From Octopus sinensis (Eukaryota): a DNA stretch of 64,000 bases. The notes beneath the pieces were generated by a model. That model saw nothing but the letters and a program-made list of their open reading frames with translations. It searched no databases and had not been told where the DNA came from. Positions 13,038 through 24,358 of this stretch are shown here, one piece after another. Position 1 is the stretch's first letter; the number at the start of each line of letters is the position of its first letter. Location: positions 38,998,001 to 39,062,000 of the forward strand of contig NC_043013.1 in the NCBI RefSeq assembly GCF_006345805.1. Reading direction: 5' to 3'. A program made the translations under genes and the position numbers.

Positions 13038-13989
13038 GTATATGTGTATGTTTATGTGTACATATGCATTTATGGTTTAGTTGCTGTTTAACCCTGGGTT
13101 AACAATGATAAAGCAGACCTATGATCAAAAGCCTTCTGGCTATGACTATGTCTTTTTTTCAAACACATTGATCTAATGTCTCCTGTTTTTGTAACAGAAT
13201 AGTGTAATGTGAGGGAGATTTGGTTGCTATTTCTAGCAAGCTGAATGTCGACAAAGATACTTTACCCGTAGGCTTGCATGTTTTTAGACATGCATTAGGG
13301 GATAGGCTTAATCCATCAGTCGGTTTAATCCTTTTGATACACCCCCCAATGTATATATCTACTATAATGCCCTTATCTATTTATCTACCTATCATTCTCA
13401 CACAGCCACGTAGCCAGGCGATTGCAACTGGGGGTGCTATCTTGATAGCTGGGGGTGCTGAACAAGGGTACGGACAAAACCCCTACTTAAAGTGTGAAAG
13501 TGGACAAAAGCCCCATGCTTATATTTTTGGGGTTTTTTTTCTTTTTCACATTTGTTGGCGCCTAGCCTGGTCAAAACTTCTGAAATATTTCGTTTTTATT
13601 TTCATTTTATTTGTTGCAATCATTAAACAGAGGCCTTGCTGGGGCATCACCTCGAAAAATTTTGAAATACGATGCTCTAATAGAAGCGATATCCCAGAAA
13701 CAGCTGTCAGAGACTATTTTTTTACCATTCGTTATGTAGCTAAATTAGATTGAATTAAATTAAATTAAATGTCCGTCATGCCTTTCTTAATTTTTTGCCT
13801 TTCCTCACTACTCTAATCTACACCTACTGACTCAAAGGGAAGCCACTTTTAGCCGTTTTGAACAAGACAACCACATAATCACAACTTCAACTGCTTTCCA
13901 AACTGGAATTCTGATGACACACCTATTTGAGCACTCAGAGCACATACCTATTAGTTCGAGTCATCCTGACGAAAACTCATCACATCCAT

Positions 13990-14022
<33 letters not shown>

Positions 14023-15751
14023 ATTTGGTAGACAGTAACTGAAAGAAGCCCGTCGTGTACATATATATATATATATATAGGGAGAGTTTACGAAAAAAAC
14101 AAAAGACGAAGACGGGTGGTGTACAAAACAAACAGGAATAGAAAAAGTCTTTTACATTTCGAGCCTACGCTCTTCCACAGAAAGGGACACAGAAAAAACA
14201 AGGACAGAAAAAAATGTGTGTAGTGGCTAACGATCTATCATATATATATATATATATATATATTATATTATATTATATTATATTATATTTATGTGTGTGT
14301 CTTTATGTGTGTTTGTCCTCCACCATCGCAAGACAACTGATGTTGGTATGTTTACGTCCCCGCAACTTAGCGGTTCGGCAAAAGATAGCAATAGAATAAA
14401 TACTAGGCTTAGAAAGAACAAGTCCTGGGATCGATTTCTTCGATTAAAAGGCTGTGCTCCAGCATGGCCACAATCAAACGACTAAAACAAAAGAATATAT
14501 TTATTTATTTGTTTCAACTGGAGCACTGCCTTAAATGGTGTCTTTTGCCGAACTGTTAAGTTACAGGAATGCAAACACACCAGCATCGGTTGTCAAGCGA
14601 TAGTGGGGGACAAAACAGACACACATAAATATATATATATGTATTTTATATATTATACTGGAATTCATATAGAATAGAAACTGGTGGGTTCACGCATATA
14701 CATACTGACACACATCACATACATATATACATACAAAAGCAAACTTAAAATTTCAAAGAGAATTCTATCCTTATGTATGTATGCGTACTCACCATTTTTC
14801 ATTTCATGCCATATTTCAATATAATCGTAATTTACACTCATTTAAAAATACTCATTTTTCGGTAAGTTATGAGGAAATAAAGCCAACTCGTGTGAATTTT
14901 TTGAAACTCATCTCCCTACACCTGGAATTTTTTTTTTTTTTCACAACAAACTCTGATAAGCATACTTGTAAATGATTTCGTTAAAAAATATCCATTTTTT
15001 TCTGGAAATCATGAGGAAACTAAGTTGGGCTGGGGAATACTTGTATAAGTATGTTCGTTGCTTTAACAATGGTAACTATATTTACAATATTTTTTCACCA
15101 TAAGTAATACTAAAATTAATAACTGGCACTCCGTCGGTTACAATGACAAGGGTTCCAGTTGAACTGATCAATGGAACAGCCTACGCATGAAAGGAACATG
15201 CATATAGGTGAGCACTACACAGACCCTTAACGTAGATCTTAATGTACCCTTAACGTAGTTCTTAGGGAGATTCAGCATGACACAGAGTGTGACAAGGTCG
15301 GTCCTTTGAAATACAGGTACTACTCACTTTTGGCAGCTGAGCAGACTAGAGTAACGTGAAATAAAATGTTTTGCTCAAGGACACAACGTGTCGCTAGGAA
15401 TTGAACTCATGACCTTGTGATTATGAGTCGAATCCCCTAACCACTAAGCCATGTACCTTCACAATACTAAGATTATATTGCTATTAAATATCTACATTTC
15501 AGCTTGCTTTGCTTCACTTTCATTTCGTATGTAACATTATCTGATTATATAACTGAATGTTATATATAAACAAACAATGCATTCCTTTCATATGGTTTGC
15601 ATCATTAGAGGGATAATAATGTGAATGAGATTGGCTCAATTTTCCACTACACATAAATGTAGATAGGATAACAGTATTTACAATATTATGTTTGGTAAAC
15701 AAAACTAACTGTATTGAAAATCAATCAAAATGTATGCGTGTATATATAAAA

Positions 15752-15757
15752 TTTATT
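15752..15757 (-). terminator. Candidate polyadenylation signal (AATAAA) for MsrA
   Basis: TTTATT on the + strand, about 365 nt past the stop codon in unique AT-rich sequence. No transcript evidence. Confidence 0.3.
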
Positions 15758-16120
15758 AGCAATATTTAGCTAGTTATTTTTCATTGCTTTATAAATGCAC
15801 ATTCTTTCAACATAATTGCAATTCATTGGATATGTCTATTTTACGTTTTCCACGGTTGACCTTTGAGCTTCCTTCATGTTGCCATGTTGCATTTCTTGCC
15901 AGTGTTCTTTTCATATGCATGCCATATGTATAATTATGTATATACATCATAGGAATATCAGATACAATGATGTCAAACCAATGTAAAACATGCTATCTTA
16001 AAGATAGCATGTTCACACTAGTATGCATGTATGTATGTGTGTGCATATGTGAAAGTATGAGCTCACAATATCTTCCAGATTACAACCTATAAAAGAACAT
16101 CTCAGCTATCTCTAGTGGCT

Positions 16121-16420
16121 TCACAGTTCTTCTCGTGGACAAGAGACACCTGTACCCCCCAGGCCACAATAACCTGAGGGGTTTTTATGCAGGTATTGCT
16201 GGTGGTAATCTTCGGCATAGTAAAACTGTGTTGCTGGACGTATTTCAGTGGTTATAGCTGGGAAGCCTTTTTCTTTTAGAGCTGCCTCATACTTTTCTTT
16301 TGTCTCTTGTGCTTCCTTCAACTGCTGCTCACCATAGCAATAGATGGCTGACCGATATGTGGTACCAATGTCATTTCCTTGTCGCATTCCCTGGGTTGGG
16401 TTGTGACTCTCCCAGAATAT
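16121..16420 (-). CDS. MsrA: MsrA terminal coding exon ([27 protein letters not shown]...[33 protein letters not shown])
   Basis: TTACAG acceptor; 300 nt to TGA. Carries the RQGNDxGTxYRSAIY, AEDYHQQYL and [12 protein letters not shown] motifs (Cys197 and Cys206, the presumed resolving cysteines). Corresponds to track ORF 16121..16438. Confidence 0.97.
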   Translation of the reverse strand: MFWESHNPTQGMRQGNDIGTTYRSAIYCYGEQQLKEAQETKEKYEAALKEKGFPAITTEIRPATQFYYAEDYHQQYLHKNPSGYCGLGGTGVSCPREEL

Positions 16421-16423
16421 CTG

Positions 16424-16461
16424 TAATAATGATAACAAAAATAATAATAATAATAATAATG

Positions 16462-16498
<37 letters not shown>

Positions 16499-16525
16499 TG
16501 ATGATGATGATAATAATAATAATCA
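16424..16525. repeat. (AAT/GAT)n trinucleotide repeat abutting the last MsrA acceptor
   Basis: Direct reading. Confidence 0.95.
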
Positions 16526-16704
16526 AGCAGGATGTGCAAAAGATTGTCTTAACAGGAATGTCTTTGATTTTTTCTTTGTCTTTTTTCCCCATATTTTATT
16601 CTGTCACATCACTTTGTAAGTGAACAATCTGGTGTCTTTATTTTAATGGCCTACCAATGTATACAATGAGTTTCTTTGCCCTAGGTGTGAGGAAGACACT
16701 TGGC

Positions 16705-16830
16705 AAGAAGAAGAAGGTGAAGGGGGAGGAGGAGGAGGGGAGGAGGAGGAGGAGGAGGAGGAGGAGGAGGAGGAGAAGAAGAAGAAGAAGAGAAGAAGAA
16801 GAAGAAGAAGAAGAAGAAGAAGAGGAGGAG
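16705..16830. repeat. (GAG)n/(GAA)n polypurine repeat
   Basis: Direct reading. Confidence 0.95.
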
Positions 16831-17365
16831 ACTCCTTTTTAGTTAAAGTTGCAGTTTTAAGTTGGCCCAGAGTTATCTTTCTTTGGTACTTCCCAGAATG
16901 TTATTAAGAGTTAATGTGAGGGTAGGTACCCTGAATGATAAATGCAAACCAGAGAAGATGAAGGGATAATTAAGTGTTAATATATTTAACATTATATGCT
17001 GATAGGGTGAAGTAGGAACCCAGAAGGATAAATATAGACCAGAGAGTGCACATATAAAATAGATCAGAAAAGACCAGAGATAACTAACTTTAACCCTATT
17101 ATGCTATGATCCTGGTATACAAGAATAGCATAAACGAAACCTCTACTGGGTTCCCAGCAAAGAGATAATGAACAACTCACACAGAAAAAGAAGGTAAATT
17201 ACTAAAAATTGACAATTGGTCACTTTCCAGCTTTTTAGTCAAGTGTGTTTATGACTCATTGTTAAAGGTGTTCGCCACAGTTGCTGTTTATTTTTGTTTT
17301 TCATTTAAAAAAAAAAAGAAGACAATTTTGCAATGAAACGAGCGGTTGATGAACCCAGCACTTCA

Positions 17366-18845
17366 TCTTAGTTAGTTAGTTAGTTAGTTAATTTGGCTCA
17401 AAAGCAAATAGCAAGGCCATGTAGGGGGACATGGAGTTAAGTACAGGGTGGTGTTCATGTAAAGAGTTCAGGCCACTTGAGGTCCAGGGAGGCTTTGAAC
17501 AAAGCGGTCGTCGGCATCTTCACCATCTCGTCTGGCAGCTTGTTCCACGGATCCGCAACCCGGACAGAGAACACTCCTCTCCTTCGATTGAGATGAAATC
17601 GTCGCAGGTAGAGCTTTTCGGAATGACCCCGCAGCCGACGCTCCGGAGCAGGAGTGAAGAACAGCTCTTTCGAGAGGTTACACTTGCCGCTTATGATGTT
17701 GTGGGCGAGAATGAGATCACCACGGTGGCGGCGTTTTTCAAGAGAATAAAGGTCGAGCGTCCTCAGCCTTTCTTCGTAGGACAAATTTTTGAGACCATGA
17801 ACCATGCGGGTAGCCAGCCTCTGGACTCTTTCGAGATGCTGTATGTCTTTGAGGAGATAAGGAGAAGAGGCTTGAATCCCATACTACAATATGGGTCTCA
17901 CCAGCGTGACATAGAGTGGCAGGAATATGGCTGCTGTGAGCATTCCGAATGACCGTCGAATCAAAAACAGAATTCCGCGCGCTTTGTTGGCAGCATGGAC
18001 GCACTGGGCCGAAGGCGAAAAGGTGGAATCCACCAAGATACCCAGGTCCTTTACCTGATCGGTCCTCTCCAGCAGCAGACGACCCGGCTCGAAATCAAGT
18101 TGAGTTGCAGGAGTAGAGCCGACAGGCAGATGACAGCACTTTGACACGTTCAGACACAGGTCCCAATCGTTAGACCACTTCCAAATTTGGTGGAGGCATC
18201 AACGAAGATCCTCTATACTACCGCGAGGAGCAACCAGTTTGATATCGTCAGCAAATAGAAGGGTATGTTGCGTGAGGTCGTCGGGCAAGTCATTTATGAA
18301 GACTAAGAACAACAAGGGCCCAAGCACTGAACCTTGAGGCACGCCACTGCTCGCACTGGAGACGTCGGACCGCGAACCATTAACTTGAACTTGGAAGGAG
18401 CGATCTGAGAGGAAGGCACCAACCCATCGTACAATATCCGGATGGAAACTATATGCTTGAAGCTTGACAAGTAGTAGGCGGTGGTTTACCGAGTCAAAAG
18501 CTTTGGCAAAGTCCAATAAAACGATGTCAACAGCATCACTATCATCGAGGATGCGCGTCACCAATTCTTCCATTACTAGTAAGTTGGTCAAGCATGATCT
18601 CTTCGGCACGAAGCCGTGTTGGGAATCAGTGATCAAGCTGTGTTTAGGAGGTGGAGCATCATACTTTTCTTAAGGATGGTTTCGAACATCTTGCTGATTA
18701 TTGATGTAAGGGAAACCGGTCGGTAGTTAAGCGAGTCTTCGCGGCTCCCTTTCTTGAAAATTGGGCAGATTATCGCTGTTCTCCAGTCTGCAGGTATAAC
18801 ACCCGTCGCCAATGACATATTGAATAGTCGTGTAAATGAGCAAGG
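17366..18845 (-). mobile_element. 5'-truncated CR1-clade LINE (RT plus C-terminus, frameshifted) with a (TAAC)n tail, in MsrA intron 4
   Basis: Track ORFs 18633..18818, 18199..18636, 17884..18147 and 17455..17805 give NYRPVSLTS, QHGF..SCLTNL, LDFAKAFDSV, SGVPQGSVLGP, LFADD and RRGVFSVRVADPWNKLP. (GTTA)n lies at about 17366-17390 on the + strand. Confidence 0.95.
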
Positions 18846-18974
18846 CCTGGACTCTTTGCAGCTGAAGAAATTATTGATATTTGCACTTATGCAGGCAATG
18901 AGAATGTTGAAAGTGAAAGTGATGAGGGAAATAACAATTCAAGAGAACAAATACAATTGCTGAAAATAGGCTTC

Positions 18975-19400
18975 ATCATCATCGTTTAACGTCCGTTTTC
19001 CGTGCTAGCATGGGTTGGACAGTTCGACCGGGTTTTGGGAAGCCAGGAGGCCACACCAGGCTCCAGTCTGATCTGGCAGTGTTTCTACAGATAGATGCCC
19101 TTCCTAACGCCAACCACTCCATGAGTGTAGTGGGTGCTTTTTACATGCCACCAGCACAGGTGCCAGGGGAGGCTGGCAGCGGCCATGATTGGTTGGTGCT
19201 TTTTACGTGCCACCGGCACAGGTATCACAACTACAATTTCCATTTGATATTTATTTTGATGTTGATGTACTTGACTCAATAGGTCTCCTCAAGCACAGCA
19301 GGTCACCCTACGATCCAAGGTAAGCACAGCAATCCAAGGTACTTACGATGGGCTGGGGCTATGCAAAACTGGTGCGGGAAACAGCCATGAGCTCACATTA
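18975..19400 (-). mobile_element. SINE/LINE-tail family ending in ...GGACGTTAAACGATGATGATG
   Basis: The same tail occurs at about 25070-25205 and 42330-42465. Confidence 0.6.
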
Positions 19401-20595
19401 TTTGTCAGCTTATCTATTTTTTCTATTTGTGATTCTGTGCATCAGTTTGTCTGCAATGAACCCCTATGGTAGTTGAGAGACCTATTACTGTCATTCTCCT
19501 GATACCTTTTGGTGATTACTTTGCTTGTAGCTATTTATATGCAGCTATTTATTTTCTTGCTCAGGAGACCAAGTGGTGGATAAAGTCAGACACAGGAGCC
19601 CAGATCTGAGAGGGTTAATGCTAATGTTTTTAACGATGTTTGAAACTAGTTAAAGAAGAAAAAGTTAAGAGGTTTTAAGTGGTGGTTATTTTTATAAGTT
19701 TACTGTAGTTGAGAACTAAATAAACTGTTTCTCATTTGTTATCACTGGCCTTTTAAATATTCTGTTTTAATGCAGACGTCAAGTTTCTTTCAGCAAACAA
19801 GAAATAGTTTGGCTGCTGTTGTAATAGTTTGTTGCTAGGATACACTATCTGTAAGGTGAATTTTGGATTATATTTTTAAATTAATATAGCTGAACTTATA
19901 AAATTTGAGGCATTCTCCCAGCACATCAAATACCTGAAAAATGCATACATTTCTGTATGTTTATAAATCTGATAAGCAAATGAATGATTATATTTTGCTG
20001 AGGAAAACAATAAAGCTGAAACTTATTTCAAGTTGTCTCCTTATCTACCAAAAATCAGATTATTTTTTATCCTTATTACGTTTCTAATTTATATTTATAA
20101 TAAAAAGGGAGCTGTGAGTCACGTAATTTCAAAACCTGTTTTGCATTGTTCTGTTAATTTCGAGTTGTCTCCCTGAGACTTGTTAGGGTTATTTAAATAT
20201 TGTTCAGCAATGTTTATCATTCCTCTATACACGTTGCTGTGCCCAGTGAAGGTGTACTCAGAATCCACCTTCTGTACCATGGCCATGTGCTACAGCTTCA
20301 GGCCCCACAGGTTTGCCCATACACAAGTCTCTGGCCTACAGTCATACACATATACAAGCCTTTGTCTTACAGGAATGCTCACACTCCAACTACTGTCACA
20401 CAGACATGTTCATTGTCACTCTTTAGTCGAAAGGCATCCTCAAGCTCATGCTTGTGGGCCACAAGTTGGAGTATAAGTTTGCCCATGAGTCAGAGATTAG
20501 AATCTGAGTACACCAGTCCCCAAGCTCACTGGCACACTCACAATCCAGCCTCAGTCCCACAAGTGTGCTCATGTACTAGTATAAACATGCCGGAG

Positions 20596-20955
20596 CCATG
20601 CTCATATTTCCGCATCTTCTGCATCACAAGCACACTTGCGTATCTTTCTCTGTTGCACAACCATGTTCGTACTTCAGCCTCTAGTTCCCAAGCACACATG
20701 AGCACTAGCCCCAGGCCCAGAGCCATGCTAATATTTCAGCCTCTTGCACACAAGCACACTTGCACACCAGCCCCTGACTCAAAGCTATATTCATACTTCA
20801 GACTCTGGCCCACACAAATCTGTGCACCAGTTCCTGGCCCAGAGCCATGCTCATACTTCAGCCTCTGGATCACAGGCACACTAGTGTACCTTCCTCTGTT
20901 GCAGAACCATATTCACACTTCAGCCTCTAGCCCACAAACATACTTGAGCACATGA
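20596..20955. repeat. Degenerate ~62-bp minisatellite (6 units: 65/62/62/60/62/partial)
   Basis: Units start CCATGCTCATAYTTCAGCCTCT-like at 20596, 20661, 20723, 20785, 20845 and 20907. Confidence 0.8.
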
Positions 20956-21384
20956 ATAAATAAGCATTACATTTAACAGTAATTTGAATTCTAAAGCAAT
21001 GAGAAATAAAGTGTCTTGCTCAAGGACAGAACACGATGTTGGGAATCAAACTCACAACCTTACGATTGTGATCTGAATACCCCTAGCCATTAAGCCATGT
21101 GCCTTCTCATGGAGATCAAAGAGCTAATAATCCTTTTCCTCTCTGCTATAGGCACAAGGCCTGAAATTTTGGTGGGAGGGGACTAGTTGATTACATCGGC
21201 CCCAGTGTTTTACTGGTACTTATTTCATCAGCCCCGAAAGGATGAAAGGCAAAGTTGACCTCAGCAAAATTTGAACTCAGAACATAGTGATGGGTGAAAT
21301 ACTGAGTATTTTATCCAGCATGCTAACGATTCTGCCAGCTCACCGCCTTAAACAAAGAGCTAATAATGACAATAGATAAAAAAT

Positions 21385-21870
21385 AAACGCGCCCTTTTAA
21401 AGCCTCCAGTTTCCTGGTTTCTATGGCATATGTGTCTCGCAGCTGGAAAGGACGCCAGTCCATCGCAGCGTTACTCACTTTTGCCAGCTGAGTGGACTGG
21501 AGCAATGTGAAATGAAGTGTTTTGCTCAAGAACACAATGCGTCGCCCAGTCCAGGAATCAAAACCACAATCTTACGATCCTGATGCTGACACCCTAACCA
21601 CTAAGCCACGCACCTCCACGAAATGCACCCTTTTAAAGCCTAGACAGTCTCATGGACCCGGTTTCCTGGTTTCTATGGCATATGTGTTCCCCAGCTGGAC
21701 AGGACGCCAGTCCATTGCAGCGTTACTCATTTTTGCCAGCTGAGTGAACTGGAGCAAAGTGAAATGAAGTGTTTTGCTCAAGAACATAACACGTCGCCCG
21801 GTCCAGGAATCAAAACCACAATCTTATGATCATGATGCTGACACCCTAACCACTAAGCCACATGCCTCCA
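21385..21870 (-). mobile_element. Tandem duplication of a ~250-bp SINE
   Basis: Two consecutive copies of ...TTTCCTGGTTTCTATGGCATATGTG...CCCTAACCACTAAGCCAC. Confidence 0.75.
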
Positions 21871-21954
21871 CAATAAGGAAAAGCAAAAAAAAAAAGAGAG
21901 AGAGTTGGGGAGGAGGAGATGAAAAAGTAAGAGAAAGAGGAGTCAGATATTAAT

Positions 21955-22240
21955 GAAGTGATGATCCCAGCTGTGGTAAATAAGAAACCGCTTCATAAGG
22001 TAAGGGCCAAACAACTGAATTTCTTGGTTGTGTGATGAGGAAAGAAGGCCTGAAGAATTTAGCAATGACTGGAAGGATTGAAGGCAAAAGAAGCAGGGGA
22101 AGAAAAAGTAAGTAGGATGATATGGCTATCAATCTTGACAAACAGGTTGAAAGAAAGGGGCATTAAACGTCAGGAACTATTACAGAAAACAAAGAATAGT
22201 GAATTGTGGCTGGACATGATCACCATTGTGGATATGGCAC
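21955..22240 (+). mobile_element. RTE-like LINE C-terminal fragment
   Basis: KQLNFLGCVMRKEGLKNLAMTGRIEGKRSRGR...W pattern typical of RTE ORF ends. Confidence 0.65.
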
Positions 22241-22288
22241 CTAAAAAGAAAGGAAGGGAGAAAGAAAGATCCAACCCAAATTACTGAC

Positions 22289-22417
22289 CTTGAGTAGTTC
22301 CACGTATTTCACCTCACTAGGGTTGAACTGCATACGTACAACTTCCGCGTGACTTGTTTTCCCTGAACACACTTCTTTATATGTTGGGTTCTCTGTATGG
22401 CCCCCAGAATATCCAAC
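22289..22417 (-). CDS. MsrA: MsrA coding exon 4 ([43 protein letters not shown])
   Basis: CGACAG acceptor and GTCAGT donor; 129 nt, phase 0-0. Matches the MsrA GYxGG..NPTYxEVC..TxHAEVV motif. Confidence 0.96.
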
Positions 22418-22563
22418 CTGTCGGAGAAAATTTTGCTTCGTTTTAGAATAATACAGTTCTATATTTAAGATATGAGGAATTATTTACATTATTTACATTT
22501 GGTGTGGTGGTTAAGAGCGCAGGCTACTAACCCCAAGATTCTAAGTTCGATTCCAGGTAGTAA

Positions 22564-22613
<50 letters not shown>

Positions 22614-23389
22614 TAATAATAATAACAACGATGATGACAATGCTAACACTGACGCTGCCAACGCCGCCGACAAAAAATACCTTAGGAATGAGAACCCAAA
22701 TTTGAAATTTCACGACACCTGATGAAGGTTGGAGGGTATATAAGCCGAAGCATTGTGTTAAGAATAAATAAGATGAGGACAAATATCCGTCAAGTGTAAA
22801 TAATGTAAATAACAGAATAATAGTTTGAAATTTTAGCATTTAAGCCAGCAGTAAGCTGGAAGAAATACCACTAAGAATAATGTTGTGGCAAGAGTCATTG
22901 ACACCCCTGGCAGATTGGAGAATGGACTGGTCGAACTCTTATAAAGAGTAGAGATCAGTAGTAGAGAGAGAGTTCTGGTAGTCTTGAGAAGTACACCATG
23001 TGAACACATTGGTTAAACCTCTGCCACACAATTTATTTACATCAATCTGTGGCAGGATATAAAATATAATAATAATAATTTTCTTTCTACCATAGCCACA
23101 AGGCTTGAAATTTTGGGGGATCGGGGGTGGGTAGTTGATTACATCAACCTCCAGTCCTCAAGTGGTACATATTTTATCGATCTAAAATGATGAAAAGCAA
23201 AATCAATCTCTTTTACTACCATAAGAAAAGTGCTGTCAGGGAGATTTTCTTATGGTAGTAAAAGAGTAGTTTAACTGCTATTTCTAAATTTCGGTATGTG
23301 GTGAAGCAAATTTTGCTAAACCCTAATTATAATTATACTCATAATCATAGAATTTTTGCGTGTATACATATATATATATATATACATAC

Positions 23390-23419
<30 letters not shown>

Positions 23420-23423
<4 letters not shown>

Positions 23424-23649
23424 TTCTTTACTACCCACAAGGGGCTAAACACAGAGAGGACAAACAAGGACAGACAAAGGGATTAAGTCGATTACATCGA
23501 CCCCAGTGTGCAACTGGTACTTAATTTATCGACCCCGAAAGGATGAAAGGCAAAGTCGACCTCGGTGGAATTTGAACTCAGAACATAACGGCAGATGAAA
23601 TACGGCTACGCATTTCGCCCGGCATGCTAACGTTTCTGCCAGCTCGCCG
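23420..23649 (-). mobile_element. Family B SINE
   Basis: Matches the other family B copies. Confidence 0.85.
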
Positions 23650-23670
23650 TGTGTATATATATATATATAT

Positions 23671-24036
23671 ATTAACAATTAAGGAACGGCCATAATAGGC
23701 CATTCACCCACTAGAAATAACAGCCAAAGCTTCTACCGCAAATAAAGATTAATTCCGTAAACAGGAGAAAATTAAAAAAACATTTACCCTGTAATTTCTT
23801 GTACGGTATACCGTTTCATCCGCTGTTTAATGGTAAACCAACCTGATTAAATTTAATTAATCAGGTTGGTTTACCATTAAACAGCGGATGAAACGGTATA
23901 CCGTACAAGAAATTACAGGGTAAATGTTTTTTTAATTTTCTCCTGTTTACGGAATTAATCTTTATTTGCGGTAGAAGCTTTGGCTGTTATTTCTAGTGGG
24001 TGAATGGCCTATTATGGCCGTTCCTTAATTGTTAAT
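23671..24036. repeat. Perfect inverted repeat: 180-bp arms with a 6-nt loop
   Basis: Checked base by base: 23671-23850 is the exact reverse complement of 23857-24036; the loop is ATTTAA. Confidence 0.97.
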
Positions 24037-24139
24037 GTTGAACTTAAAAATGGTCTATGACTATTTAATTTTTTCCCACTGGGCCGCTGGTGGCAATAAA
24101 ATTCTACAAAATTTTCCTTGCCACCCTATATTGATTAAT

Positions 24140-24175
<36 letters not shown>

Positions 24176-24317
24176 TACAAACATACACATATACACATGC
24201 ACACACACACATATATATGCATGTGTGTGTTTTTAGTAAGAGAGAGAGAGAGAAAATTATATGAGTATTTGAATATATATGTGTGCTTACATAATAAAAT
24301 AAGTTTCAAATCCGTGC

Positions 24318-24358
<41 letters not shown>

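Noticed and set aside
13086-13100. TTAA-CCCTGGG-TTAA, resembling a collapsed piggyBac end pair
   Set aside because: Too short to distinguish from a chance palindrome.
13220-13753. 177-aa ORF
   Set aside because: A chance read-through across SINE and MITE-like fragments with a non-ATG start and no domain.
17431-17952. 173-aa + strand ORF
   Set aside because: It is the antisense shadow of the GC-rich CR1 coding strand.
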